Below the pieces are notes generated by a model. The model was not told the DNA's origin. It did not search any database and was given only the letters and a program-made list of their open reading frames with translations. From positions 1,903,337 through 1,967,336 of the forward strand of contig CBDAVG010000002.1 in assembly GCA_965200865.1 (NCBI GenBank): a stretch of DNA of 64,000 nt. The letters are read 5' to 3'. Below, piece after piece: positions 29,813-40,980 of the stretch; the first letter of the stretch is position 1; each line of letters opens with the position of its first letter. Origin of the DNA: an uncultured candidatus Porisulfidus sp. (GTDB lineage: Bacteria > Pseudomonadota > Gammaproteobacteria > Poriferisulfidales > Oxydemutatoraceae). The position numbers and the translations under genes are program-made.

Positions 29813-30901
29813 ATGACTTGCCCGATATACATTATTCACCTGAAACGGAATCCGGAGAGGAAACTTTATATGCAAAGACAGCTAGATGCCTTCGGCTTGG
29901 ATTGCCGTTTTGTAGAGGTAGATATTTTTGATAAATACGAATTGGAATCCAAAGCCTACCGTATCCGTGTTGCCCGAATGTTGAGCATTGACGAGCAGGC
30001 TTTGGAAAATAAATATACGGCGGTGGTCAATCATGCCAAAAAGCATTTTCCTAAAATGAAATATAGGGAATTAGCATCACTTGCTGTCGGTTTGAGCCAT
30101 ATAAAAGTCTACAACTTGATGGTAGAAAACAACCACGAGATGGCTTGTATATTAGAAGATGATGTTAAATTATTGCCGACTTTCCCTGAGGTTCTTAAAA
30201 CTACACTTGATCTAGAGTGGGATATATTACAGTTTTGTCACCAGCCTGATTGGTCCTTCTTTTATCCATTTTTTATCCGTTATTTTCGTAAGGTAGGCTT
30301 TCTCAAATTTCCTAATTTTCGGTTACTTTTTTCCAATGACAAGGTAGATAAACAGATAATAAGAGAATATGGTTTTGATAATCCTAGATATTCAAAGCCA
30401 GCGGAATATATAAAAAAAACCATGCAACTATATCGTAATAGGTACAAAAACATAATTAAACCACCGCTACTTCCGATAATTCGCGCACTTCCCAACGCAA
30501 TTAAGAAATCCTTGCTTCCTAAGAGTGATTTACTATTTATAAACAACCTCTGGGGTAATAGACTATTATTAGAACTAAATACTATAATTGAGCTAGGTAT
30601 GCTTCCTAAAGAATCCAACCCAAATCTGATAACCGAACATCACTGTATTGCTGAGCCCAGACGTGAAGTTCTATCGACAACGGCTTATTTAGTAAGACAA
30701 TCGGTTACAGTTAAATGGAAACAAGAATTACTCTCCGAGAATTCTCTAGCTGTAGATCAAATTCCCTGGGAGTTATACAACAAAAGGCAAGTAAAACTAC
30801 GTATTATTAGCCCGCCTTGTGCGACAGCTACTTTTAATTACCTAAAATATACGATGCGTGACTCAAACAGTCACTTTAGCATAGGTAAAATAAATTTTTA
30901 G
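29813..30901 (+). CDS. Glycosyltransferase family 25, paralog A3
   Basis: Close paralog of A1 and A2. Confidence 0.88.
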   Translation: MTCPIYIIHLKRNPERKLYMQRQLDAFGLDCRFVEVDIFDKYELESKAYRIRVARMLSIDEQALENKYTAVVNHAKKHFPKMKYRELASLAVGLSHIKVYNLMVENNHEMACILEDDVKLLPTFPEVLKTTLDLEWDILQFCHQPDWSFFYPFFIRYFRKVGFLKFPNFRLLFSNDKVDKQIIREYGFDNPRYSKPAEYIKKTMQLYRNRYKNIIKPPLLPIIRALPNAIKKSLLPKSDLLFINNLWGNRLLLELNTIIELGMLPKESNPNLITEHHCIAEPRREVLSTTAYLVRQSVTVKWKQELLSENSLAVDQIPWELYNKRQVKLRIISPPCATATFNYLKYTMRDSNSHFSIGKINF

Positions 30902-30915
30902 GTTGCAACCTATGG

Positions 30916-31172
30916 CCAACTGTTGAAAAAGTATTCCATAGAATTGTAGGGGCGGATTTATATATCCGCCCTAACGCGTTGTGTCTGTAAGGGCAATCCA
31001 TTCTATCCATTTCGTTTATGGTAACCATGATTTGGTGGCGCAGAGCGGTTATGCATGTGCAAGACGGTACTTTAGGGTGGACATGTGAGTCCCCCCTACA
31101 GGTGATTATCGTTAATTTGGTGGCGCGTAGCGGTTAAGTTTGTGCGATGATTGTACTTTTTCAATAGTTCCA
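30916..31172. mobile_element. MITE
   Basis: ACTGTTGAAAAAGTA ... TACTTTTTCAATAGTTCC with GTAG hairpins. Confidence 0.8.
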
Positions 31173-31236
31173 CGTTGCATGGTGTGGCTTTAGATTAGAA
31201 CGTACCAATCTTGCAAGCTGATATAATAAAGTTTCA

Positions 31237-31770
31237 ATGGAAATGTTTCACGGAACCACAATTTTATCGATACGCAAAGACGGTTGCCTGGTAATGGGCG
31301 GCGATGGTCAGGTCACAATGGGCAATACCATCGTCAAACATAGTGCGCGCAAGGTACGGCGTTTGAACAACAATCAGGTTTTGGCAGGGTTTGCTGGTAG
31401 TACCGCCGATGCGTTTACCTTGTTTGAACGTTTTGAGGGCAAATTGCAGGAGCACGGCGGTCAATTATTGCGTGCTGCCGTCGAATTGGCTAAAGATTGG
31501 CGTATGGATCGTAATCTAAGACAACTGCAAGCGTTGCTGGCAGTTGCCGATAAGCACACCTCTCTGCTGGTGTCGGGTACCGGAGATGTTATAGAACCTG
31601 AGCATGATTTGATTTCCATCGGTTCGGGAGGAGATTATGCTCGCGCTGCCGCACTTGCTCTGCTTGAACATTCATCGCTGGATGCAAAAACTTTAGTTGA
31701 ACAGGCATTGACAATCGCAAGTGAGATTTGCGTATTCACAAACCGAGAACTTGTGCTAGAGACTTTATAA
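31237..31770 (+). CDS. hslV: ATP-dependent protease subunit HslV
   Basis: [30 protein letters not shown]. Confidence 0.97.
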   Translation: MEMFHGTTILSIRKDGCLVMGGDGQVTMGNTIVKHSARKVRRLNNNQVLAGFAGSTADAFTLFERFEGKLQEHGGQLLRAAVELAKDWRMDRNLRQLQALLAVADKHTSLLVSGTGDVIEPEHDLISIGSGGDYARAAALALLEHSSLDAKTLVEQALTIASEICVFTNRELVLETL

Positions 31771-31802
31771 CACAGCTTTTTATATATAACTGAGTAGATT
31801 TT

Positions 31803-33146
31803 ATGTCCGATATGACGCCCAAAGAAATAGTTGCCCAATTAGATCAGTTCATCATCGGGCAAGATAACGCAAAACGTGCGGTTGCCATCGCCTTGCGCAA
31901 TCGCTGGCGGCGGATGCAAGTTGACGAACCATTGCGTAGCGAGATCACGCCTAAGAATATCTTGATGATAGGCCCCACCGGAGTTGGTAAAACCGAAATC
32001 GCAAAACGTCTTTCGGATATAGAGGAAGCACCTTTTCTGAAAGTAGAAGCGACCAAGTTCACCGAAGTCGGATATGTGGGGCGAGATGTGGAATCAATTG
32101 TGCGAGATCTAGCTCAAATCGCTTTCAACAAGGTGCGCGAACGAGAATTTGCAAAGCACGATAGCCTCGCACAAAAATTAGCAGTAGACAAGGTTATAGA
32201 TAGCTTGGTGGATAACTTGAAAGAAACATACAACCAGCAAGAGAGGTTGGATGAACACCAGCTGCGTGAAGATATGCGTAGGTCGGTTGAACAGGGTGGC
32301 TTAGACGATCAAAAGATTAAAATTGCCGTCTCCAAACCGCAGGTTAATCTTGGTGTGATGTCGGTACCGGGGCTGGAGAGCATTGGTGAGCAAATGCAAG
32401 ATATGTTCAAAAATCTAGGCAATCTAGGCTTGGGTGCGCGCAAGGAACACCGAACGATGACCGTAAAACACGCGCTGAAAATGTTGAAACAAGAAGAATT
32501 GGAAAAAATGATAGACCAAGAAAGCCTGCACGCATTGGTCGTAGAAGAAACCGAACAGCACGGCATCGTTTTTATAGACGAAATAGATAAGCTGGCACGC
32601 CGCTCTCAAGGATCCACACAAGGCGAAGTTTCGCGCGAAGGCGTGCAACGAGATCTGCTCCCTTTGATAGAAGGGTCTACCGTCAGCACCCGCTACGGGA
32701 TGATCAAAACCAACCATATATTATTCATCGCTGCCGGTGCTTTCCACTTCTCTAAACCCTCGGAACTAATACCTGAATTGCAAGGTCGCTTGCCGATACG
32801 GGTTGAGCTTGAACCGCTGGATATAGAGGCGTTCATTAAAATTCTAAGAGACACTGGTAATTCTTTAATCAAACAATATCAAGCCTTGCTTGCCCAAGAA
32901 GGCTTGAATATAACGTTCAGCGAAAGTGCAATTAAGCGCATCGCAACGATTGCCTTTGAGATCAATAAAAACACTGAGAACATAGGCGCACGACGTTTGC
33001 AGACGGTAATGGAGCGACTGCTGGAGGACATTTCTTTCACTGCCCCCGAGTTAAGCAAAAAGAAAATAAGCATCAGCGAAAAGGTCGTCAACAAGCAATT
33101 AGAAGATATCGCTAAGGATCAAGACCTCAGCTCGTACATTCTCTAA
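31803..33146 (+). CDS. hslU: ATP-dependent protease ATPase subunit HslU
   Basis: GPTGVGKTEIA, EATKFTEVGYVG, ENIGARRL. Confidence 0.97.
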   Translation: MSDMTPKEIVAQLDQFIIGQDNAKRAVAIALRNRWRRMQVDEPLRSEITPKNILMIGPTGVGKTEIAKRLSDIEEAPFLKVEATKFTEVGYVGRDVESIVRDLAQIAFNKVREREFAKHDSLAQKLAVDKVIDSLVDNLKETYNQQERLDEHQLREDMRRSVEQGGLDDQKIKIAVSKPQVNLGVMSVPGLESIGEQMQDMFKNLGNLGLGARKEHRTMTVKHALKMLKQEELEKMIDQESLHALVVEETEQHGIVFIDEIDKLARRSQGSTQGEVSREGVQRDLLPLIEGSTVSTRYGMIKTNHILFIAAGAFHFSKPSELIPELQGRLPIRVELEPLDIEAFIKILRDTGNSLIKQYQALLAQEGLNITFSESAIKRIATIAFEINKNTENIGARRLQTVMERLLEDISFTAPELSKKKISISEKVVNKQLEDIAKDQDLSSYIL

Positions 33147-33149
33147 ACT

Positions 33150-33521
33150 ATGTCGGATACCCAACTCAGTGAAATTCATCTGCACCAAACCTCTAGAGTT
33201 CTAGAGCTGGTGTTTGACAATGGCAAGAAGTTTAACTTGAGCTGCGAGTATTTGCGTGTATATTCGCCTTCGGCAGAAGTTGCCGGACACGGTCCCGGAC
33301 AGGAAGTATTGCAGGTAGGCAAAGAAGATGTCAATATCTCGGCATTGGAGCCGGTCGGCAACTACGCAGTTAAAATAATCTTTGACGACGGGCATAGTAC
33401 TGGCATCTACACTTGGGATTATTTATACGATTTGGGTGCAAACTACGACCCCAAGTGGCGTAGCTATTTACAAAGGCTTGAAGATGCCGGCTTTGAGCGC
33501 AAAGAAAATCGCTTAGGTTGA
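33150..33521 (+). CDS. DUF971 family protein
   Basis: EYLRVYSPSAEV.GHG, PVGNYAV, FDDGHSTGIY. Confidence 0.9.
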   Translation: MSDTQLSEIHLHQTSRVLELVFDNGKKFNLSCEYLRVYSPSAEVAGHGPGQEVLQVGKEDVNISALEPVGNYAVKIIFDDGHSTGIYTWDYLYDLGANYDPKWRSYLQRLEDAGFERKENRLG

Positions 33522-33575
33522 GTATATAAACCTGCGAATAATTTGACCATATCCTCAACCCGATAAATATAAGCT

Positions 33576-34316
33576 ATGGGAGACTCAAAGACACATTTCG
33601 GTTTTCGCGAAGTCAACCGTGCCGATAAACGCAAACTAGTCGACGAAGTGTTTAGTTCGGTGGCAAATCGCTACGACTTGATGAACGACCTGATGTCTTT
33701 GGGGTTGCACCGGTTATGGAAATGGATTGCAACGGCAGCTTGTGGAATAAGACCTAATATGCGTGTTTTAGACCTTGCCGGCGGTACCGCCGATATGGCA
33801 ATACGTATCAAACCTTTTATGCAAGCCAAAGGGTTGCTGACGGTTGCCGATATCAACCATGCAATGTTATTGGAAGGACAGAACCGTCTGTTTGATCTCG
33901 GTTATGCCGATGTGCCTTTTGTTCGTTGTGATGCTGAAAACCTACCTTTCCCTGACCATTCTTTTAATTGCGTAGTAGTCGCCTTCGGGCTGAGGAATAT
34001 GAGCTCTAAACAAGCTGCACTGGGTTCTATATTGCGTGTGCTCAAGCCTGCCGGTCGGTTGGTGGTGCTTGAGTTTTCCGAGCCACACGCATGGTTAAGA
34101 CGCTTGTACCATTGGTATTCTTTCAATGTGATACCTAAACTGGGAGATTGTGTGACCGGAGACGAGGGCAGTTATCGTTATTTGGTTGAGTCTATTCGCG
34201 TCCACCCAAACCAGCAAGCACTACGCGAAATGATTACTCAGAGCGGGTTTGCACGCTGCGAAATCTTTAATCTGGCGGGTGGCATCGTTGCGATACACCG
34301 TGCGTATAAACCATGA
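33576..34316 (+). CDS. ubiE: Ubiquinone/menaquinone C-methyltransferase
   Basis: THFGF, YDLMNDLMSLGLHRLWK, LDLAGGT, FGLRN. Confidence 0.96.
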   Translation: MGDSKTHFGFREVNRADKRKLVDEVFSSVANRYDLMNDLMSLGLHRLWKWIATAACGIRPNMRVLDLAGGTADMAIRIKPFMQAKGLLTVADINHAMLLEGQNRLFDLGYADVPFVRCDAENLPFPDHSFNCVVVAFGLRNMSSKQAALGSILRVLKPAGRLVVLEFSEPHAWLRRLYHWYSFNVIPKLGDCVTGDEGSYRYLVESIRVHPNQQALREMITQSGFARCEIFNLAGGIVAIHRAYKP

Positions 34317-34924
34317 CAATGAATGTTAGTTCTGAAAAACTAGCCCCACTGCTAGATTATGCAGTCGCACGTTATTTGCAAGCGGATCCGCTGCTGGTTA
34401 CATCGTCGTTAAAAAAAATGGCTGGCAAAGCGGTCGGAGTATCGCTTGAGGTTCCAAAGCTAGAGTTTTTTTTGTTAATCAGAGAAGATACGATACGCGT
34501 TTGTGCCGATTATAACGAACAACCGGATACCTGGATACGTGGAAATTTTTTTGATTTAGTAAAACTAGGATTGGATACAGACGGCGATACATCGGCAACA
34601 CATCTAGAAATTATAGGTGATGTGCAGTTGGGGCAAAGACTGCAGCAACTGTTCTCCGAGATAGAGTTTGATTGGGAAGAACTGCTTGCCCCAATAATTG
34701 GTGACATCCCAACACATCAGCTCAGTGAAGGCGTGCGTGTAGCCAACGACTTCGTAGCTCGCTGTATGGATTCTTTAGCCTTTAGCAGTGGTGAGTTTCT
34801 GCGCGAAGAGTTGAAAATAACACCGACACAGCAAGAGATCAGAGACTTTATAGACAATGTAGAAAAGCTACGCGACACCGTCGAACGCTTGGATGCAAGA
34901 CTAAATCGCATAATACGCGCATAA
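34313..34924 (+). CDS. ubiJ: Ubiquinone biosynthesis accessory factor (SCP2 domain)
   Basis: IIGDVQL, DWEELL..IIGD; between ubiE and ubiB. Confidence 0.88.
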   Translation: MTMNVSSEKLAPLLDYAVARYLQADPLLVTSSLKKMAGKAVGVSLEVPKLEFFLLIREDTIRVCADYNEQPDTWIRGNFFDLVKLGLDTDGDTSATHLEIIGDVQLGQRLQQLFSEIEFDWEELLAPIIGDIPTHQLSEGVRVANDFVARCMDSLAFSSGEFLREELKITPTQQEIRDFIDNVEKLRDTVERLDARLNRIIRA

Positions 34925-36468
34925 TGTTTATCTTGAAATTGTGGCGGCTGCTCGCCATCAACCTAGTGCTGGTTCGGCACGGCTTGGACGAGATTGTATT
35001 GGCTATTCATTTGTTCAGACCAATCCACTTTGTTTTTTATCTACTGCCGTGGAATTGGTTGGGTAAGAAGAAAAAACCGCTTGCAGTCAGAATAAGATTA
35101 GCACTGGAAGACTTAGGTCCGATATTCGTTAAATTCGGACAAGCCCTTTCTACTCGACCGGATTTATTATCGCCTGAACTGATTGCTGAATTGGAGAAAC
35201 TGCAAGATAAAGTGCCGCCGTTTGCAGGTGATGTCGCCCAAGCTAAAGTGGAGCAGGTTATGGGGGCACCGATAAACGAGGTGTTTGCACATTTTGATAC
35301 CACGCCACTGGCTTCAGCATCTATTGCACAAGTGCATGCGGCGCAGTTGGACGATGGTAGCGATGTAGTCGTGAAAATCCTACGCCCGAATGTTCAGAAA
35401 CGAATCAACCGCGACCTTGAATTGCTTCATACAATGGCGCGTCTTGCCGAGCGTTATTGGTCTGAGGGCAAACGTCTGCGTGCGGTTGATGTGGTACACG
35501 AATACGAAAAAACCATAACCGACGAACTCGATTTATTGCGCGAGGCAGCGAATGCCGGACAACTACGGAGAAACTTTGAGGGTTCTGATTTGCTTTATGT
35601 GCCTAAAATCCACTGGCAGTATTGCCGGCGCGAAGTCATCGTGATGGAGCGTATATACGGTGTGCCGGTCAACGATATAGCAGAGTTAAAACGCCACGAT
35701 ACCGATATGCAAAAGCTCGCACATCGCGGTGTGGAAATTTTTTTCACCCAAGTATTTGACCACAACTTTTTTCATGCCGACATGCACCCCGGCAATATAT
35801 TCGTGTCGATAGAGAACCCACAAGAACCTTATTATATGGGCGTTGACTTTGGCATTGTCGGTAGTTTGGACTTGAGTGATCAACGTTATCTTGCGGAAAA
35901 TTTTTTGGCATTCTTCAATAACGACTACCGGCGCGTTGCCGAACTTCATATAGAGTCGGGGTGGATACCTGCGGATGTGCGCCTAGACGAGTTTGAATCA
36001 GCAATTCGGACAGTATGCGAACCCATTTTTCAACAACCTTTGAACCAAATATCTTTTGGCGCGTTGCTGTTGCGCCTATTCCAAACCGCCCGGCGTTTTA
36101 ATATGGAGGTTCAACCGCAACTGATTTTATTGCAGAAAACCTTACTCAACATAGAAGGTTTAGGGCGACAGTTATACCCAGAACTGGATTTGTGGGATAC
36201 CGCAAAACCTTTCTTGGAACGTTGGATGCGACGGCGCAGACACCCAGCGACTTTGTTAAAGAGATTTCTTAAACAACTGCCAGCGTTGATTGAGAAAGGT
36301 GCCGACATGATAGAGGCAAATGGCAACCCACCGACCGCCGAGACTGAGCGTGCGCAGCTACGCGAAGAAATTTCTCGCTTGAGTAGCGAACTGAAACGAT
36401 GGCGTATCGCGTTGATTGCCATCGTGATAGCCGCAGCGATAGCATTCGGCCTAACATGGTGGACTTGA
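34924..36468 (+). CDS. ubiB: Ubiquinone biosynthesis regulatory kinase
   Basis: LGPIFVKFGQ, ASASIAQVH, FFHADMHPGN. Confidence 0.96.
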   Translation: MFILKLWRLLAINLVLVRHGLDEIVLAIHLFRPIHFVFYLLPWNWLGKKKKPLAVRIRLALEDLGPIFVKFGQALSTRPDLLSPELIAELEKLQDKVPPFAGDVAQAKVEQVMGAPINEVFAHFDTTPLASASIAQVHAAQLDDGSDVVVKILRPNVQKRINRDLELLHTMARLAERYWSEGKRLRAVDVVHEYEKTITDELDLLREAANAGQLRRNFEGSDLLYVPKIHWQYCRREVIVMERIYGVPVNDIAELKRHDTDMQKLAHRGVEIFFTQVFDHNFFHADMHPGNIFVSIENPQEPYYMGVDFGIVGSLDLSDQRYLAENFLAFFNNDYRRVAELHIESGWIPADVRLDEFESAIRTVCEPIFQQPLNQISFGALLLRLFQTARRFNMEVQPQLILLQKTLLNIEGLGRQLYPELDLWDTAKPFLERWMRRRRHPATLLKRFLKQLPALIEKGADMIEANGNPPTAETERAQLREEISRLSSELKRWRIALIAIVIAAAIAFGLTWWT

Positions 36469-36486
36469 ACAGGATGGCTTTGAGCA

Positions 36487-38691
36487 ATGCCCGATAGTAT
36501 GGATATCAAGGCACAGATATTAGCCGAGTTGAACGACGAGCAACAATCGGCAGTCGCAGCACAGCCGAGTTCAGCCTTGGTATTGGCAGGTGCCGGTAGC
36601 GGCAAGACCCGAGTATTAGTTCATCGTATTGCCTGGTTATGCGCCGTAGAAGGAATCCCGGAGCATGCAATAATGGCAGTCACATTCACCAATAAGGCAG
36701 CAGGTGAAATGCGCACACGCATCGCATCACTCAACGGCAGGTCGCCAAGCACCATGTGGGTCGGCACCTTTCACGGTCTGTGCCACAGATTTTTACGCCT
36801 TCATGGCGAACAAATAGGTCTGCCTAAAACATTTCAGGTAATTGATGCGGCAGATCAACTGAGGCTGGTTAAACGGATTACCCGAGACCTTGAAATCAAC
36901 GAAGAAAAATGCGCACCGAAGAACACCCGCTACCTGATAACCCAGTGCAAAGAAGAGGGTTTGAGGGCAGATGCCGTTCCGTCCGACTACAGTGCACACC
37001 CGATGTTTAAGCACTTCTTGAGGATTTATCGCCGCTATGAAAACCTTTGTACGGAAAGGTATTTAGTCGATTTCAGTGAGTTACTGCTCGCAACTCACGA
37101 GATGTTTCGCGATCATGATGCGATTAGGCAACAATATCAAAACCGTTTCAAGCATATTTTGGTTGATGAGTTTCAAGATACCAACCGATTGCAATACGCA
37201 TGGCTACGAGTATTGGCAGGCGAGCAAATTCCGGTGTTTGCAGTCGGCGACGACGATCAATCTATATACGGATGGCGAGGTGCGTGTGTTGAGAACCTGC
37301 AAAGTTTTAGAAAAGATTTTAAGGATGTGCATATCTACCGTTTGGAGCGCAATTATCGCTCTACCTCAATAATATTGGATGCCGCCAATGCCCTGATAGA
37401 AAACAACGGCGGACGCATGGGCAAGCGGTTGTGGACAGCCGAAAAAGGTGGCAACAAAATAAAGCTATTCACAGCATTTAACGAAGAAGACGAAGCGAAC
37501 TATGTTGTAGAAACCATCAATCAATGGCAAACACAACGGCGTGCATTATCCGAAATCGCAGTGTGCTACCGTGCGAATGCACAATCACGCATCATAGAAA
37601 GTGTTTTAGCAGGCGCAGGTATTCCCTATCGCGTCTACGGCGGTCTTAGATTTTTTGAACGAGCGGTTATCAAGCACGCACTGGCGTATTTGCGATTGAT
37701 TGCCAACCATAACGACGACCCTTCTTTTGAACGCATCGTCAATTATCCACCACGCGGCATTGGTTCTCGTACCGTAGGGATAATCACTGAACACGCTGGC
37801 AATACAAATGCAAGCCTGTGGGAAACCGCACTACAAATGATGAAAAACAAAACCTTGAGCACGCGGGCAAGCACTGCAGTGCGAGATTTCTTTGAGTTGA
37901 TTAAGAATCTTGGTGCCGATTTCCAAGTCCAACCACTTCCCAAGAAGGTAGAAAAGGTGACGCAGTTAATCATTTCACATCTTGAAAAACAACGTAGCGA
38001 AAATGCACAATCGGATATAGAAAATCTTGAGGAATTAGTCAAAGCTGCCGAACAATTTGTCAAACAATGGCAGAGAACCGGAGATGCCGATATAGACGAA
38101 CTTGATGCCTTTTTATCGCATACCGCTTTGGAGGCCGGCGACAACGAAGCCGAAAGCGACGAAGACAGTGTGCAACTTATGACTTTACATTCATCTAAGG
38201 GATTGGAGTTTCCATTAGTGGTTATCACTGGCATGGAAGAAGGTTTATTTCCACACAGCCGTTCTTTAAGTGACGGAAGTGGTGCGGATGCTTTAGAAGA
38301 AGAACGCAGACTATGCTATGTCGGCATCACTCGCGCCCGCGAGCAATTAATTTTATGCCATGCACGGTTGCGCAACCTATCGTACGGCTCAACCACATAT
38401 AATCAACCCTCTCGCTTTTTGGGCGAATTGCCGGCTGACTTGCTTGAAGAAGTACGACCGCAATGGGATGATGCATCGTACCATAAATCATCCAATTTGG
38501 ATGATTCCGCAAGACATGCTGGGAATATCGGAGGGCTGGTTGCAGGACAACGCGTAACACATCCTGTTTTTGGCAACGGGGTGGTGCTTGATTTTGAAGG
38601 CACCGACAAAAACACTCGCATCCAAGTCCGCTTTGATAAAGCCGGTACTAAATGGATAGTATCAGAATATGCTAGGTTACAGAAAATCTAG
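36487..38691 (+). CDS. uvrD: DNA helicase II
   Basis: AGAGSGKT, DEFQDTN, GDDDQSIY, EEERRLCYVGITRA, C-terminal Tudor-like domain. Confidence 0.96.
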   Translation: MPDSMDIKAQILAELNDEQQSAVAAQPSSALVLAGAGSGKTRVLVHRIAWLCAVEGIPEHAIMAVTFTNKAAGEMRTRIASLNGRSPSTMWVGTFHGLCHRFLRLHGEQIGLPKTFQVIDAADQLRLVKRITRDLEINEEKCAPKNTRYLITQCKEEGLRADAVPSDYSAHPMFKHFLRIYRRYENLCTERYLVDFSELLLATHEMFRDHDAIRQQYQNRFKHILVDEFQDTNRLQYAWLRVLAGEQIPVFAVGDDDQSIYGWRGACVENLQSFRKDFKDVHIYRLERNYRSTSIILDAANALIENNGGRMGKRLWTAEKGGNKIKLFTAFNEEDEANYVVETINQWQTQRRALSEIAVCYRANAQSRIIESVLAGAGIPYRVYGGLRFFERAVIKHALAYLRLIANHNDDPSFERIVNYPPRGIGSRTVGIITEHAGNTNASLWETALQMMKNKTLSTRASTAVRDFFELIKNLGADFQVQPLPKKVEKVTQLIISHLEKQRSENAQSDIENLEELVKAAEQFVKQWQRTGDADIDELDAFLSHTALEAGDNEAESDEDSVQLMTLHSSKGLEFPLVVITGMEEGLFPHSRSLSDGSGADALEEERRLCYVGITRAREQLILCHARLRNLSYGSTTYNQPSRFLGELPADLLEEVRPQWDDASYHKSSNLDDSARHAGNIGGLVAGQRVTHPVFGNGVVLDFEGTDKNTRIQVRFDKAGTKWIVSEYARLQKI

Positions 38692-38723
38692 AGGTCAACA
38701 GCCATAGTGTAGAATATGCAAAC

Positions 38724-39167
38724 ATGGAACTGCTGAAAAAGTACTGTTATCGCTCAAACTTAACCGCTTGCGCCACCAAATTTATGATAACCACCCGTAG
38801 GGGAGGGCTAACATGCCCTCCCTAAAGTACCGTTCTGCACAAACCCAACCGCTTGCGCCACTTGATTGTGGTTTCCATGAATTGGATGGTGTACGATTTT
38901 ATTTGCGCAGGCACAACGCGTTTTGGGAGAGCATATGGGGCTGTTGAGAAAGTATCGCTATGCACCCGCAGAGGGTGACTGTCTAGCGCAGAACCACCAC
39001 AACCACCCCGTCAGATGGAATCGCCGATTGAGCCAGTAGGTCAATCGGCGTAACATTGTGCAGAACCATAGCATGATTGCTAAACACATACATTACAAAA
39101 TGCATAGGCCTGCCACCCCTCCACAGGAGGGGAATGTACTAATGCAGACACTTTTTCAACAGTTCCA
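38724..39167. mobile_element. Nested MITE composite
   Basis: GGAACTGCTGAAAAAGTA start, internal GGGGCTGTTGAGAAAGTA, CTTTTTCAACAGTTCC end. Confidence 0.8.
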
Positions 39168-39207
39168 TATATTCTGAATCGCAAAATACTGGGAAGTAGA
39201 CTGAAAC

Positions 39208-40311
39208 ATGAAAAGAAGAGACTTTATCAATAAAGCAACAGGGGCACTTTTAGCGGCTCCACTCGTCGGGTGCACTCAAGGCGAGCAAACAGCCGCCAAG
39301 CAGCCCAGCGATAACAAAACATATAAGTGGAAGATGGTGACTTGCTGGCCCAAAAATTATCCGGGATTGGGTGCCAGTGCCGAGCGTATTGCCGAAAACA
39401 TCAATAGAATGTCAAACGGTCGGTTGCAAGTGACAGTTTACGGTGCAGGCGAATTGGTTTCAGCGTTTGAAGTCTTTGATACGGTACGCAGTGGGGCGGT
39501 TGCTATGGGACATTCTGCCGCTTATTACTGGCAAGGTAAAAATCGTGCATTTAATTTCTTCGGAGCGGTACCGTTTGGTATGAACATCGTTGAAATGATT
39601 GCGTGGTTCAATCATGGCGGTGGCCAAGCACTATGGGACGAAGGCTATAGCGAGTTTGGCTTGATACCGATTGCGGTCGGCGGCACCGGCATACAAATGG
39701 GCGGCTGGTTTAATCGCGAGATTAATAGCATTGAAGACCTAAAAGGAATAAAGATAAGAATACCAGGACTTGCCAGTCAAATCTATGAGCAATTGGGTAT
39801 GATACCGGTTAATCTGCCGGGCGGCGAATTGTTCACCGCACTACAAACTGGGATGATCGATGCGGTTGAGTGGGTTTCACCATACAACGACTTGACTTTG
39901 GGTTTTTATAAAATCGCTAAATACTATTATTATCCGGGCTGGCAAGAACCAGGGGTGATGATAGAGTGCATACTCAACAAAGAAATGTTTATGGAATTGC
40001 CGGAAGATTTACAAGCAGTCGTGCGTAATGCCTGCAATGCCGAAAGCATGCGTTTGCTTACCGAATATTTAGCACTAAACCCCGACTCACTAAAGATATT
40101 ACAAGATAAACACGGCGTGGAGTTGCGCAAATTCCCTGATGCGGTACTTAATCGCATACGCGAAGTTGCCAACGACGCACTTCAACAAGTAGCCTCCGAG
40201 AGCGATTATGCCCAACGGGTATACCAATCATATAATGATTTTCTGGGAAAAATGAAGATGTGGTCGCAATATTCCGAGAAAATGGTATATGATATACGCA
40301 ACGCTAAGTAA
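39208..40311 (+). CDS. dctP: TRAP transporter solute-binding protein with Tat signal (TakP-like)
   Basis: KRRDFI Tat motif, QMGGWFNREI, KIRIPG, YYYYPGWQEP. Confidence 0.92.
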   Translation: MKRRDFINKATGALLAAPLVGCTQGEQTAAKQPSDNKTYKWKMVTCWPKNYPGLGASAERIAENINRMSNGRLQVTVYGAGELVSAFEVFDTVRSGAVAMGHSAAYYWQGKNRAFNFFGAVPFGMNIVEMIAWFNHGGGQALWDEGYSEFGLIPIAVGGTGIQMGGWFNREINSIEDLKGIKIRIPGLASQIYEQLGMIPVNLPGGELFTALQTGMIDAVEWVSPYNDLTLGFYKIAKYYYYPGWQEPGVMIECILNKEMFMELPEDLQAVVRNACNAESMRLLTEYLALNPDSLKILQDKHGVELRKFPDAVLNRIREVANDALQQVASESDYAQRVYQSYNDFLGKMKMWSQYSEKMVYDIRNAK

Positions 40312-40344
40312 TACAACGGAAACAAACAAATCACGGGAGAAAAA

Positions 40345-40632
40345 ATGGAAGTATTTGGTTATGACATAGGCACTTTTACCTTTTTTACATTTAGCTTTTT
40401 AGCGGCACTTTTTATTTTGCTATCTGCTATATTCGGATGCAAAGAAGAAACCAACATGCATCGCTGGGTGCGAGGTGCTTTGGGGTTTGCTTATTTGTTT
40501 GTGGCTTACGCTGCCTTCATACAGCTGGAAGGAGTAGATTCACCTTACCAGCAACAACTGCTGCCGTTCGTGATGATGTTTGCGAGCAAAAGCGCAGTTA
40601 TCGGAAAGTTATCTGCCTCAAAAATCTTATAG
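40345..40632 (+). CDS. Small hypothetical membrane protein
   Basis: GGAG RBS; 2-3 hydrophobic segments. Confidence 0.6.
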   Translation: MEVFGYDIGTFTFFTFSFLAALFILLSAIFGCKEETNMHRWVRGALGFAYLFVAYAAFIQLEGVDSPYQQQLLPFVMMFASKSAVIGKLSASKIL

Positions 40633-40649
40633 ACTTCACCCTCCTTCTT

Positions 40650-40975
40650 TTATTGAAAAAGTATCGTCATTGCTCAAACTGAACCGCTTGCGCCATTGAA
40701 TTTATGAAAATGGTAGGGGCGGATTTATATATCCGCCCTACGGTACCGTTTCGCACAAACGTAACCGCTTGCGCCCCCAAATCATGCAAACCATTTGCCG
40801 CGTACTCGCACAACTCCTCCCGCCTTGCGTCACCGAGTCATGGTTACCGTAAATAAAATGGATAAATGGATTGGTGCTGCAGACGCAACACGTTAGGGCA
40901 GAATAGAGCCGCCGATTGAACCAGTAGGTCAATCAGTGGCGTCACTCGGCGATACTCGGCGGTTCTATTTTTGAG
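40650..40975. mobile_element. MITE/REP-like composite
   Basis: TTGAAAAAGTATCGTCAT start; GTAGGGGCGGATTTATATATCCGCCCTAC; GCCGATTGAACCAGTAGGTCAATC module. Confidence 0.75.
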
Positions 40976-40980
40976 AAACC

